A program made the position numbers and the translations under genes. Shown here one piece after another: positions 10,489 to 21,122 of a DNA stretch of 64,000 bases. Numbering within the stretch: position 1 is the stretch's first letter; the number at the start of each line of letters is the position of its first letter. The notes beneath the pieces are model-generated. The model ran no database searches. It had not been told where the DNA came from and worked only from the letters and a program-made list of their open reading frames with translations. The DNA comes from an uncultured Verrucomicrobiae bacterium (GTDB taxonomy: Bacteria; Verrucomicrobiota; Verrucomicrobiia; Chthoniobacterales; Terrimicrobiaceae), in assembly GCA_963706955.1 (NCBI GenBank), contig CAVPOC010000005.1:96001-160000 (forward strand). Direction: 5' to 3'.

Positions 10489-10769
10489 CTCTATACCTCT
10501 AGCCCCGCTTTCAAATTAGTTCATCTCACCCCTCGAAGACAACTTCATCTCGGACCCAAAATCCTGAACAAAGAGGACACGAAGTTTGCTAAACCAAAAA
10601 AGTTACCGCGCTATTATCGGCTCAGCGATTTGCGTGCATCAGCTTCAGTGTCCGATCGCTGAGAGAGGCGCCAGCTGGAGAATCATGCTCTGAGTTCTCT
10701 GTGTCTTCTGTGGTTAATAACTAAGCGGCCGGGTGTTGCGGCCCTGAACATTTTGCGCGAAAAGCTTCC

Positions 10770-11753
10770 ATGCACGCGATGGTCCTCGAAACCCCTGGCC
10801 GGCCGCTGGCGGCTCGTTCGGTGCCAATCCGAGATCCTGATCCAGGGGAAGTGCTCGTGCGCGTCTCTGCGTGTGCCGTATGTCGAACCGATCTGCACGT
10901 TGTTGATGGCGAGCTGCCCGATCCAAAACTTCCCTTAATTCCCGGCCACGAAATCGTCGGTCGGATTGAGAGGCTTGGCCAGGCCAGTCAACGCTTCCGG
11001 GTTGGCGACCGCATCGGAATTCCGTGGTTGGGATGGACGTGTGGCAAATGCCAATATTGCCGATCGCATCGAGAAAATCTCTGTGAGCAGGCTCGCTTTA
11101 CAGGCTACACGATCGATGGAGGATACGCCGAATTCACCCTCGCCCATGCTGATTATTGCTATCGACTTCCCGACGCGTTCGACGATGTCTCCGCAGCTCC
11201 TCTCCTCTGTGCCGGGCTGATTGGCTATCGCTCTCTTCGGAAGGCCGGCGATGCGCATCGCCTGGGGATTTATGGGTTTGGCGCCGCTGCCCACATCGTT
11301 GCCCAGATCGCGCGCTTCCAGGGACGCGAGGTTTTTGCATTTACCCGACCCGGGGATGAGAGCGCCCAGACATTCGCCCGCCGTCTCGGCGCGGCCTGGG
11401 CTGGCGATTCCGATAAGCCGGCCCCAGCCAAGCTCGACGCTGCGATAATTTTTGCTCCCGCTGGCGCCTTGGTTCCAGCCGCCTTACGTGCCGTCGATAA
11501 AGGCGGCGTTGTCGTCTGCGGGGGCATTCATATGAGCGACATACCCAGCTTCCCCTACCGGGAACTTTGGCACGAAAAAACGGTCTGCTCAGTGGCAAAC
11601 CTCACGCGCTCGGATGCCGAGGAGTTCTTCAAAATAATAGACCATCTTCCTCTCCGCACCGAGACCCAAACTTTTCCGCTCGATCAAGCGAATGTGGCTC
11701 TTGCCCGCCTGCGCTCAGGTCAGCTCACCGGCGCAGCTGTCCTCGTGACATAG
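10770..11753 (+). CDS. Zinc-dependent alcohol dehydrogenase family protein
   Basis: CRTDLH, GHEIVG, structural Zn CGKCQYC...C and GFGAAA. Confidence 0.93.
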   Translation: MHAMVLETPGRPLAARSVPIRDPDPGEVLVRVSACAVCRTDLHVVDGELPDPKLPLIPGHEIVGRIERLGQASQRFRVGDRIGIPWLGWTCGKCQYCRSHRENLCEQARFTGYTIDGGYAEFTLAHADYCYRLPDAFDDVSAAPLLCAGLIGYRSLRKAGDAHRLGIYGFGAAAHIVAQIARFQGREVFAFTRPGDESAQTFARRLGAAWAGDSDKPAPAKLDAAIIFAPAGALVPAALRAVDKGGVVVCGGIHMSDIPSFPYRELWHEKTVCSVANLTRSDAEEFFKIIDHLPLRTETQTFPLDQANVALARLRSGQLTGAAVLVT

Positions 11754-11969
11754 GTGTGCGGATGAGAATCGCCGGTCGGGCATCGGCGAGAAATTCGTAG
11801 CAGACGCCGATTGGCGGATCTTCAGCACCCCGCAAAATCGCCTCCGCACCTCCGAATTCCTCCGAATCTTAACAAACTTGTAAACCCGCTCGACTATTTG
11901 CGGCCGCGGACGCGCGAGGGCGTGGTGCTGCTCAACAACGCATTGCCAGCGCAGTAATTTGGGCCCGCG

Positions 11970-14207
11970 GTGCCCGCGATTTGGTCCTCGGCGAGCCCCA
12001 CATTCACGTGTAGTAAGAGTACTCGTTTGGAGAAACGGATCTTCCATACCAAACCAACACTCGGACAAATCTTATTGCTGAGCTTCCTCGGGCTCGCCGC
12101 GGCGCTGGGGCTCGTCTTTGCAATTGTCCTGAACGAAACACGTGCGTCGATTATGACCAGCTCGGAGCGCGTGCGGGAGCAGGCCAGTCGGGAGATCGGC
12201 GAACGTGTCGTCAGATTTCTTGCGACAGCGCCAGATACCGTCGCGGCTTTGCAGGAACAGATTAAGTTGAGGCTGATAGATGCGAATGATCCGACAGCCG
12301 TAGAGACCGCCTTGTTCACCTTGCTGCTGGCTAAAAAGCAGATCGGGGAGATCTCTTTCACCCGCGCTGACCAGACCGGATTTGATGAGAACGGAGCAGC
12401 CCAGTTAGCGGCGAGACCGCGCTGGCAAATTAGTGTGGTTCGCTCGGAAACCGCGAGCGGTGAAGAGCAATTCTGGAGCCGACATGTTTACCCGGAGAAC
12501 TCCGGTTTTGTCGCAGAGCGTCAGACTCTTGAACCCGCGAGCTCAGCGACAATGCCTCCATCGACAAAAATGACTGCGATGGACCCGACCAGCCACCTCA
12601 CGTTTGCCACTCCCGCGAGTAAGGAGTTTCAAGGCGAGCTCTTATGGAGCGATCTCCACTGGTCCGAGCTCGATACGGCGCAGCGAGACGAAGAGAGGAC
12701 CGTCGAAGTCAGTGTGCAACAGACCATATCCGAAGCTGCCGGAAAATTCGCCGGGGTGGCGCGCGTCGGCCTGCTTGCCGAACAACTCGATCGCGTCGTC
12801 CAGCTGCGCCTAACCTCAATGCGTGAGCACGATCCGCACCGCATCTTTCTTTGTGATCTCGAGGGTCGTTTAATCACGCGTGGGGTCAGCTCCGACACGG
12901 TGACGCTGTCGGGCGATGATTTGCGTCTGACTCCGCCTGACCTCCCCTCTGAGATCGCTCACGCCCTCGCCGATTCGAAGTTGAACGCCATCGACGGCCA
13001 TAACCGGGTGATCTCAGGGCATTTTCGACAAGACGGGCGTGAATTCCTGACAACGTTTCGAGCGTTACCGGGAACACAGGACTGGCTCGTTGGAATCGTC
13101 GTCCCGCGCGAGTTCTATCTTGGAAAGCTGATCACAATCCGTAACCACATGCTGATCGCGCTTTCGGTTGTCATGCTGCTACTCTCGGCAGGTGCTATCG
13201 CCATTTTGCGAAGCATCAAGTACGCTCAGGAGCAGATCACTCGAGAAAGCCTGAAGATGAATGCCTTCGACTTTTCGCCCACTCAAACAACTTCCGCATT
13301 TCGGGACGTCAACGAGGTGCTGGAAAGTCTGGAGAAGGCGAAGACGGCGATGCGAGCGATGGGCAAGTACGCACCCGTCGATCTTGTGCGGAAGCTCTAC
13401 GGCGACAAGAAGGAACCTACCCTCGGCGGAGAACTCCTCGAGATTTCGATCATGTTTAGCGATATCAAAGGATTCACCTCGGTCTCCGAAACTCTTACCC
13501 CCAATCAATTGGCGCACGTGCTTGGTCTCTACCTCGAGGAGCTCTCGCGGATTATCCAAAGAGAGACGAACGGGACCATCGACAAGTACATCGGCGACGC
13601 GATCATGACGATCTGGAACGCGCCCGAGCCGGTGCCAGAGCATCCCAAAATGGCATGCCTGGCCGCGTTGCGCTGTTGCGATGCGGCCGCGGCGCTAGGT
13701 CGCACCCCAGACTGGCGGCATCTTTCCCCCTTTCAGACGCGTTTCGGTCTCCATTGCTCCACCGCGCTGGTCGGCCATTTCGGCGCCCGCGATAGGATGA
13801 ACTACACCGCCATCGGTGACGCCGTCAATCTCGCCTCCCGACTCGAGACATTGAATAAACAATATGGTACCTCGATCATTGCGAGTGAATCGATTTTTGA
13901 ACGTGCGCGGCAGAATTTTGATTTCCGCCTTTTGGATATCGTCGCAGTAAAAGGCAAGAGCAAGGCCATCAAAGTCTACGAACTGCTCGGTGCCAGCCAC
14001 ACGGCCGCGGACAAGAGGGAACTCGTCAAAACCTACGAAACTGCGTTCGCGGCCTACCTGGCACGAGATTTCGCGGGGGCAATGAAGATCCTCTCCCGGA
14101 ATGAAAGTGATGCGCCGAGCATTGTGCTTAGACAACGTTGTGAGACTTTCTTGCACACGCCGCCGCCAGCGGATTGGCAGGGCGTTCACATCTCGCTGGC
14201 GAAGTAG
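11970..14207 (+). CDS. Membrane-bound class III adenylate/guanylate cyclase with Cache-like sensor domain
   Basis: Two TMs; IMFSDIKGFT, IDKYIGDAIM, YTAIGDAVNLASRLE and VKGKS. True start is probably slightly downstream. Confidence 0.9.
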   Translation: MPAIWSSASPTFTCSKSTRLEKRIFHTKPTLGQILLLSFLGLAAALGLVFAIVLNETRASIMTSSERVREQASREIGERVVRFLATAPDTVAALQEQIKLRLIDANDPTAVETALFTLLLAKKQIGEISFTRADQTGFDENGAAQLAARPRWQISVVRSETASGEEQFWSRHVYPENSGFVAERQTLEPASSATMPPSTKMTAMDPTSHLTFATPASKEFQGELLWSDLHWSELDTAQRDEERTVEVSVQQTISEAAGKFAGVARVGLLAEQLDRVVQLRLTSMREHDPHRIFLCDLEGRLITRGVSSDTVTLSGDDLRLTPPDLPSEIAHALADSKLNAIDGHNRVISGHFRQDGREFLTTFRALPGTQDWLVGIVVPREFYLGKLITIRNHMLIALSVVMLLLSAGAIAILRSIKYAQEQITRESLKMNAFDFSPTQTTSAFRDVNEVLESLEKAKTAMRAMGKYAPVDLVRKLYGDKKEPTLGGELLEISIMFSDIKGFTSVSETLTPNQLAHVLGLYLEELSRIIQRETNGTIDKYIGDAIMTIWNAPEPVPEHPKMACLAALRCCDAAAALGRTPDWRHLSPFQTRFGLHCSTALVGHFGARDRMNYTAIGDAVNLASRLETLNKQYGTSIIASESIFERARQNFDFRLLDIVAVKGKSKAIKVYELLGASHTAADKRELVKTYETAFAAYLARDFAGAMKILSRNESDAPSIVLRQRCETFLHTPPPADWQGVHISLAK

Positions 14208-14281
14208 CCTTCCCGCAGGCGCTGGGTGGCGTCTTTAGCTGTTTAGTGTAAGGTATTCTCGGCCACCCCCGACACACTGGC

Positions 14282-15958
14282 GTGACAAAGAAGCGCATCC
14301 TTATTCTTGGCGGCGGATTCGGCGGCGTTTACGTCGCAGTGCATCTCGGACGGATCCTCTCCCGAGAAGAGCTTGAACGAACCGAGATCGCCCTGGTCAA
14401 TCGAGAAAACTATATCGTCTTCCAGCCGCTGCTTCCGGAAGTAATCTCGGGCTCCGTCGAGCTCAACCATGTCATTTCTCCGATTCGACGCATGGCGCCG
14501 CGGACGCGCCTTTACACCCGTGACATCGAGTCGATAGATCCCGTCGCACGAACCGTCACTCTCACCCCGGGCATCCGGCCGACGACCCTGATTCTCGATT
14601 ACGATCAGTTGGTCATCGCCATGGGAACCCGGCTAGATCACTCGAAGATTCCCGGAATGCGCGAACATGCCAGTCCATTCAAGTATCTTGGAGACGCACT
14701 TTACCTGCGCAATCAGCTGGTGCGGATGTTGGAGGAAGCGGAGGCCGAGAGCGATCCGGAACGCCGCAAAGGGCTTCTTACGTTCGTCGTGGCCGGCGGC
14801 GGATTTTCTGGGGTCGAGTGCATAGCGGAAATGAACGACTTTTTGCGCCAAGCTGTCCGCGCCTACCACAACATCACAGAGGCCGATTTGCGGCTGATTT
14901 TGCTGCAGCGCGGCGAACGGATTCTTCCCGAGGTAACGGCTTCTCTGGCCGCTTTCGCCCATCGTCTGCTGGTCGGCCGGGGCGTGGAAATCCGGCTCGG
15001 TGCTAGTCTGCGGGCCGTTACCGCGAATGCCGTAGTCGTGGAAGACCGGACGCAACGGATGGAAACCATCTCCACGCGCACAGCTGTCGCCACGGTGCCG
15101 GCAGGACCTCATCCAATCCTCACTCAACTGCCCATCCCGCAGGATAAAGGCCGAATCGTCGTCGATCAAACGACCGAGGTCCCTGGCTGGCCCGGGATGT
15201 GGGCGATCGGGGATTGTGCCGCGATTAAGCAGGTCGATGGAAACATCTCACCTCCAACCGCGCAACACGCCCTCCGCCAGGCCAAGACCTGCGCCCAAAA
15301 TATTGCGGCGGTGATGCGCGGCACGAAGAAAACTAACTTCGCCTTCACAGGACTTGGAAAACTTGGCTCGCTCGGAAGGCGCTCTGCCGTGGCGGAAATT
15401 CTTGGCCTCCATTTTAAGGGGCTCTTCGCCTGGCTGCTTTGGCGCGGCGTCTACGTGACGAAATTTCCGGGTTTAGACGGTCAGCTGCGCCTGATCGCCG
15501 ACTGGATCTTGGACGTTTTTCTTCCACGAGACATCACGCAGCTTCGGTTATTTAATGATGAGGCCGTCCATCGGGAGCACTTTGAGACCGGAGAGCGCGT
15601 CTTCTCGAGCGGCGATTTTGGCGATAAAGTTTATTTCATGGTTAAGGGAGAAGCGGTCGTCGAGCGCGAAGGTCTTCACGTGGCGACCCTCGGCTGCGGC
15701 GACGTTTTCGGCGAAGCAGCTCTCATCTCCAATCAGCCGCGAAATGCAACAATTCGTGCCATCACGCCTATCGATACGGTCGTCGTTTCGCGACAAGCTT
15801 TCCAACAATTATTGATGCATCTACCGGGACTCAATGAGACGATGCAGCAGTTGATGTCTGGCCGGCTTAAACAGGGACAAGATCTGGCCGGCCTGATGGC
15901 AGAGGTAGGTTCGCAAGGCGACCGAGGAGCCAACCCCGCCAATTCCGCTCAGGGTTGA
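14282..15958 (+). CDS. NDH-2-type FAD/NAD oxidoreductase fused to a C-terminal cNMP-binding domain
   Basis: GGGFGG, GGGFSGVE, AIGDCA and PPTAQHA. C-terminal FGEAAL...PRNATIRA. Confidence 0.88.
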   Translation: MTKKRILILGGGFGGVYVAVHLGRILSREELERTEIALVNRENYIVFQPLLPEVISGSVELNHVISPIRRMAPRTRLYTRDIESIDPVARTVTLTPGIRPTTLILDYDQLVIAMGTRLDHSKIPGMREHASPFKYLGDALYLRNQLVRMLEEAEAESDPERRKGLLTFVVAGGGFSGVECIAEMNDFLRQAVRAYHNITEADLRLILLQRGERILPEVTASLAAFAHRLLVGRGVEIRLGASLRAVTANAVVVEDRTQRMETISTRTAVATVPAGPHPILTQLPIPQDKGRIVVDQTTEVPGWPGMWAIGDCAAIKQVDGNISPPTAQHALRQAKTCAQNIAAVMRGTKKTNFAFTGLGKLGSLGRRSAVAEILGLHFKGLFAWLLWRGVYVTKFPGLDGQLRLIADWILDVFLPRDITQLRLFNDEAVHREHFETGERVFSSGDFGDKVYFMVKGEAVVEREGLHVATLGCGDVFGEAALISNQPRNATIRAITPIDTVVVSRQAFQQLLMHLPGLNETMQQLMSGRLKQGQDLAGLMAEVGSQGDRGANPANSAQG

Positions 15959-16008
15959 TTCACTCTTGGGTTGTCAGCCGCGAGGCGTTGCCGCAGAGAT
16001 CCGACGAC

Positions 16009-17043
16009 TCAGCCGTCGATTCTTGATGTTTCCGGGTTCGGCTTGTTCCAGATGCGCTGCCAAATCTTTCCGAGACGCGAGCGGTCCTCGAACGCCCAGT
16101 GGAGACGTTTGACCGGTATAGGTCGCCAGTTGCCTTTCTCGTCGATTTCCGCGACGACGTACCGGAAGACGTAATCCGGTTCAGATCCCATTCGCAGGTC
16201 GGAAAGCACCAACCGGCCATCGTGCTGCTCTGCCTTTAAAAATCCATGAGTAAACCAGGTAAGTCGCTGGACCGAAGGAAGCGCGGAGACCTTCTGCAAG
16301 GTGACGTGATCACTTGCATACGAGCGAAAACTCATCGGCGTGCTGTCAGCGACGAGGGAGCGTTCACCTTCGAGGAAACCATTTGGTGTTAGCACTACGA
16401 CACGCCAAAGCAGTGTGGTAAACGGCATAGGCACTGAGAAATGAGCTGAGCCCTGTAGACCCTTGCTGGTCAGGGCCGTTCTCATGTCCCGTTCGACGAT
16501 CGCCTTTGCCGTCAGAGACCACCCGAGGTAAATCAAACCGAGCGCGATGCCCGCGGCCAAGCACCAAGTCGCGGAGCGACGCGCTCGTAACCACCAGGCG
16601 GCCAGACAAGCCGCGAGCAGCGGAACGGTGTAAATCGGGTCGATGATAAATATGCTCGCCACCATTGTCGGTCGGGCCGGCAGCGGCCAGATGAGCTGCG
16701 TGCCGTAGACAGTGAAGGCGTCGAGAAGTGGATGAGTCAGCAGGGCCAGTTCGATTGCCCAAAACCAGCGTCCTGGCGCTTCCCGGACGGGTCCCCACGT
16801 TCGCCGCAGCACTAACCAGAGAAGCCACCCGGTCACCGCCAATACCAGCAAGGAATGCGACGGACCTCGATGCCAGGTAACGAAAGCAACTGCATCAGCC
16901 CGAGAAAGGAGCAGCGGAATAATGTCAAGATCGGGTAGCGTGCCAAGGACCGCGCCTGCCGCCAATGCCGCACGACGATGCTGCCTCGGGGCGATCACCG
17001 CCGCCGTCGCGCCTCCCAAGGCAATTTGCGTCAACGAATCCAT
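16009..17043 (-). CDS. Inner-membrane metal-dependent hydrolase
   Basis: MDSLTQ, LPDLD, HRGPSHS and THPLLDAFTVYGT. Confidence 0.85.
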   Translation of the reverse strand: MDSLTQIALGGATAAVIAPRQHRRAALAAGAVLGTLPDLDIIPLLLSRADAVAFVTWHRGPSHSLLVLAVTGWLLWLVLRRTWGPVREAPGRWFWAIELALLTHPLLDAFTVYGTQLIWPLPARPTMVASIFIIDPIYTVPLLAACLAAWWLRARRSATWCLAAGIALGLIYLGWSLTAKAIVERDMRTALTSKGLQGSAHFSVPMPFTTLLWRVVVLTPNGFLEGERSLVADSTPMSFRSYASDHVTLQKVSALPSVQRLTWFTHGFLKAEQHDGRLVLSDLRMGSEPDYVFRYVVAEIDEKGNWRPIPVKRLHWAFEDRSRLGKIWQRIWNKPNPETSRIDG

Positions 17044-17123
17044 TCAGCAGCCCTCCTCAAAAACGTGCTTGCCTCGCTCGCTGGACATTGACACACCAAC
17101 CGCGAGGAACGAACCCGTCGTAT

Positions 17124-18062
17124 TCACACCGACTCCGCGGCAATTCGCTCTCTCAGGTCACCGTTTGGAAGAGGTTCCGATCCCGCTCTCATATTGTCGC
17201 GCAAATGAGACACTTTTGATGTCGCCGGGATCGCGCAAGTAACCGCGGGGTTTGAGATAACGAATTTGAGGAGCAACTGTGCCCATGTCGTGCAGTTGAT
17301 CTCTGCGGCCCATTCAGGAAGCGGCTTATTTCGCACCCGCCGGAAGAGGTCTCCTCCCGCAAAAGGCCGGTTCGCAAGCACGGCGACACCTCGTTCCCTG
17401 GCCAGCGGTAAAAGACTGCGCTCCGCCTCGCGCTCGCCTACGGAATAGTTGATCTGGATAAAATCAAGCGGTTCGGACGCGACGAGACGGGCCACCGCAT
17501 CGTGACCCCCGGCGGTGTAGTGCGTAATTCCCAGATATCGAATTCGACCCTGCTGTTTCCATTCTCGCAAGGTTTCTAGCTGCGTCGCCACATCCACCAA
17601 ATTATGCACCTGCATCAAATCGATGCGACTGGCGCGCAATTTCTGGAACGACTCTTCCATCTGCCGGATCCCCGCCTGCTTTCCCGTCGTCCAAACTTTT
17701 GTCGCGAGAAAGAGTCGGTTCCGAAGGTTGAGAGCCGCGGATATTTCGCCCACGACGGCTTCGGATCTGCCATACATCGGAGAGCTGTCGACAAGTCGGC
17801 CGCCCAGGTCGACGAAATTCTCAAGAACCTCTTGGAGAGTTCTCTGCTCGGCAGACCCGCTTTCGATGTCAAAGGTTTGCCAGGTTCCTAAGCCAATCAC
17901 CGGGAGCACCTCGCGAGAGGATGGAATTTCTCGACTGATCATCGGGGGCGCGGAACTACGGTCCGCTGACCATGCCTGGCCAAATCGGGCGCTCGCGAGG
18001 GCAGCGCTGCCGGCGAGGACCATGCGCACGGCTTGGCGCCGGCTTATGTGCGTCTTGCTCAT
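17124..18062 (-). CDS. Aldo/keto reductase with Tat-like leader
   Basis: SRRQAV leader; IGLGTWQ, DSSPMYG and ATKVW. Confidence 0.9.
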   Translation of the reverse strand: MSKTHISRRQAVRMVLAGSAALASARFGQAWSADRSSAPPMISREIPSSREVLPVIGLGTWQTFDIESGSAEQRTLQEVLENFVDLGGRLVDSSPMYGRSEAVVGEISAALNLRNRLFLATKVWTTGKQAGIRQMEESFQKLRASRIDLMQVHNLVDVATQLETLREWKQQGRIRYLGITHYTAGGHDAVARLVASEPLDFIQINYSVGEREAERSLLPLARERGVAVLANRPFAGGDLFRRVRNKPLPEWAAEINCTTWAQLLLKFVISNPAVTCAIPATSKVSHLRDNMRAGSEPLPNGDLRERIAAESV

Positions 18063-19501
18063 TTTGTCTCGTTAGGACACGGCGATCCCGCAGGAACAGC
18101 ATCGCCGGTCTTCTGACATTTCTCAAATTCCTCAAGTCTTGTATGGAGAATTGCGCAACTGTAGGCGGGCAGCATCGCCTTATCGAACGCCGGCGGAGCA
18201 CTCACCGAGTAAAAGCGCATATAAAGATCCTGCACAGAGGTATTCGTCTGCAAGTCGCGGGCAATTGAACGTACGGCAGAGATGTCCAGCCTCTCTTGGC
18301 AATATGTCGAACCAAAGTCATACTCGAGTAACCATTGCAGGTCCTCGAGTTCTGTCGGTCTTTCCGCGGTAGCGAGATTCGCCAGATAGTAGGTCTGATA
18401 GCTGGTGATTGCACCGGTGCTTCCGTTGAATCGATAGACCTGAAAAGCAGGATTGTTCCTGAAGATCGGACTGATTGACGGCACCAGCTTGTTTACGACA
18501 AGTGGCGTCTCTCCCATTCCAACGATGCGGAAATCATCCATGTGTGTATGTCCGGCGAAGACCACTTGGAGGGTCTTCCTGTGCTGCAAGATGAGATCGA
18601 GAAAATGTCGAGTATAGACCGGCTTCCAGAATTCAACCGGGAGAGAGCCAGCTTCCTCGTTCTTGACCGTATTGTAGTCATTTATCCCGACCGGAATGTG
18701 CATCAGCAACCAAACCCGTTCGCCCGCGTTACTGGCTTCAGCGAGCGCCTCCGCCAGCCAGGACATCTCCTCGCCACCAGGATCTTGCGCTTCCGATCCG
18801 CAGGAATTCTCATACAGATTGGAAAAGAATACGCTGTTCACAACAACGATGCGGTGCCTGAAAAGCGTCGGGATTCGCACGCTATAGTGCCCACCATGCG
18901 CGAAACTTGCGCGCAGCGACTCCGCCTTCACATCCGGACCGAACCAACCGAACCACGCTTCGGCAAACATCTTCAGAAATTTTCCCGCGGGCTCGATCTG
19001 GTAGTCGCCGCAAAAGGCGTCTTCGTTGCCGAGAGCAGGCAAAACGGGAACGTTGGGAAAATGCTTTCGAAACTCCAGGGCAAGGAACTGAATACTTTTA
19101 CGCGTGAACTCGCGATACGCCTCTTCGCCGTCGCGGCTGGAACGCTTCGAAGCCTTTTCGTAGCGTGCTCGCCAATTATGCGCCAGGCTATCGCCCGGAT
19201 ACAAAATAAACTCCGGACGTGGACATGTCTGCGCCGCTGCCGTTAAGCAGCTCTCGAGAAGCACATAGTTGCTATCGCTTCCGAGTTGGCTTACGCCACG
19301 CTCGGATGATGACGTGAGCAGCCGGCCCCACTCTGAAACCGGCTCTCTGGCTAAAGATTCGAATAAGCTCGGTTCGGCAAAAGGATCAAAGTGGATATCC
19401 GAAATGAGCAGACACTCGCGCAAACCTTCCTCCGGCGCGGCAGGAACCAACGACACGTGGAACAACAGCAAGCTAATGAAAAGCAAATACCGCCAAAGCA
19501 C
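18059..19501 (-). CDS. Secreted metallophosphoesterase (acid sphingomyelinase-like)
   Basis: SDIH, GD, GNED, HIP and GHTH motifs; signal peptide. Confidence 0.8.
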   Translation of the reverse strand: MLWRYLLFISLLLFHVSLVPAAPEEGLRECLLISDIHFDPFAEPSLFESLAREPVSEWGRLLTSSSERGVSQLGSDSNYVLLESCLTAAAQTCPRPEFILYPGDSLAHNWRARYEKASKRSSRDGEEAYREFTRKSIQFLALEFRKHFPNVPVLPALGNEDAFCGDYQIEPAGKFLKMFAEAWFGWFGPDVKAESLRASFAHGGHYSVRIPTLFRHRIVVVNSVFFSNLYENSCGSEAQDPGGEEMSWLAEALAEASNAGERVWLLMHIPVGINDYNTVKNEEAGSLPVEFWKPVYTRHFLDLILQHRKTLQVVFAGHTHMDDFRIVGMGETPLVVNKLVPSISPIFRNNPAFQVYRFNGSTGAITSYQTYYLANLATAERPTELEDLQWLLEYDFGSTYCQERLDISAVRSIARDLQTNTSVQDLYMRFYSVSAPPAFDKAMLPAYSCAILHTRLEEFEKCQKTGDAVPAGSPCPNETK

Positions 19502-19860
19502 GAGCGCCCTTAAACCATCCAGCTGCCAGAGGAAAGCCGGATCACCTCAGGACAGCGATTCCATCGCCCTGGTGGAACTTTCCAGATCGCAGCGACAACC
19601 CCCTAGTTTGGCGTAGAACAGATATTTACCTCCGTCTAATGAGAAAAATTCTTACCCTCGCCAACGGGGCCCTCTAGCTTCTGGAGAGGCTGGATGTCAC
19701 TGCTCGGGACGTTTTACAATCTCGGTGACGCTTTGATTTCCGGACGATGACTCGCAGGTAATCGCCTCGCTGACGACGCCGGGTAAAGGAGATCGCGCCA
19801 CCGCGTTCCGCTGAATCAAACAAGCTGGACCCCTGCCCATCAGTGGGCCAGATTGCAAGC

Positions 19861-20337
19861 ATGGCCGCAACCTGCTTCGATACCTCTTTGGGTCATTGCG
19901 CGATTGCGTGGGAACCAAGCGTGATCACTGGCTTCTCATTGCCGCCAAACCGTTGCCGAGTTCAGCCGCCGCCGCCGTGGGTGACCGGGATCATCGCCCG
20001 CGTGCAACGCCATCTCACCGGAGAGATGCAGGACTTTGCCGACCTGCCATACTGCTGGGCCGCGGTTTCGGAATTCCAGCAACAGGTGTATCGAGCAGCA
20101 TTATCGGTGAAACCGGGACAGACGGCGAGCTACGGTCAGCTTGCCGCCGCGTCCGGCCATCCTTCCATGTCAAGGCAAGTCGGCCGCGCCTTGGGGCAAA
20201 ATCCCTGGCCACTCCTCATCCCATGTCATCGTTTCATTGGCGCTGATGGGCGGATGACAGGATTTTCCTCACCTGGCGGAATCAAGACGAAGTTGCGTCT
20301 CCTGACGCTCGAGGGCGCGCAATTGTTTGCGGAATGA
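19861..20337 (+). CDS. ogt: Methylated-DNA--protein-cysteine S-methyltransferase
   Basis: SYGQLA, RQVGRALGQNP and the PCHR active site. Confidence 0.9.
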   Translation: MAATCFDTSLGHCAIAWEPSVITGFSLPPNRCRVQPPPPWVTGIIARVQRHLTGEMQDFADLPYCWAAVSEFQQQVYRAALSVKPGQTASYGQLAAASGHPSMSRQVGRALGQNPWPLLIPCHRFIGADGRMTGFSSPGGIKTKLRLLTLEGAQLFAE

Positions 20338-20990
20338 GCGCCGCCAGTGGCAATGTCGACGAACCCGCACGCGCGCTGGCGGCGAGTGATCCTGTGCTCG
20401 CACGCGTAATTGATTGCGTTGGGCCTTCTACGCTTGAGCCGACAGGTGAACTCGATCTCTTCCAGGCGCTCTTGCGTTCAATCATTTTTCAACAACTGCA
20501 CGGCAAGGCAGCCACGGCGATACACGCGCGGGTTATCGCGCTGATGCCGGAAGCCAACGCCAGTGCCTTGCAGGCCTTACCGGATGCGTCCCTGCGGGCG
20601 GCAGGTCTCTCGGCGAACAAGTTGCTGGCAGTGCGCGACCTCGCCTCAAAGACCCTCGAGGGGACTGTCCCCCCAATCACGATGGCCGCTAAGCTAAGCG
20701 ATGATGCACTCATCGAATGCCTCACCCAAGTGCGCGGCATTGGACCTTGGACCGTGCAAATGCTCATGATATTTTATTTAGGCCGTCCCGACGTGATGCC
20801 GACGTCCGATTTTGGTATTCGAAAAGCGTTTGGCCTTCTCTACCGACGCGGCCGCCCGGTAACCCCCGCTGCGATTCTTCAGCACGCCAAGCGCTGGCGA
20901 CCATACCGCTCGCTCGCCAGTTGGTATTTGTGGCGCTCACTCGATGCTGAGCTCGCACTCGAACTGCCGGCGCCTCCGCGTAGAAGGTGA
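20334..20990 (+). CDS. DNA-3-methyladenine glycosylase II (AlkA/HhH-GPD)
   Basis: IIFQQL, VRGIGPWT HhH motif and WRPYRS. Confidence 0.9.
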   Translation: MSAASGNVDEPARALAASDPVLARVIDCVGPSTLEPTGELDLFQALLRSIIFQQLHGKAATAIHARVIALMPEANASALQALPDASLRAAGLSANKLLAVRDLASKTLEGTVPPITMAAKLSDDALIECLTQVRGIGPWTVQMLMIFYLGRPDVMPTSDFGIRKAFGLLYRRGRPVTPAAILQHAKRWRPYRSLASWYLWRSLDAELALELPAPPRRR

Positions 20991-21122
20991 TCTGCTGCGG
21001 CCGCATCAGGACGTCGGATCACATCTCCGCTGAGCTGCACCCTCCAAGGTTTTCACTGCGCTTCGAATGGTCGAGACGCACGCGGACGACACCTCTAATT
21101 TAACTGTAAGGCAGCGCAGTTC

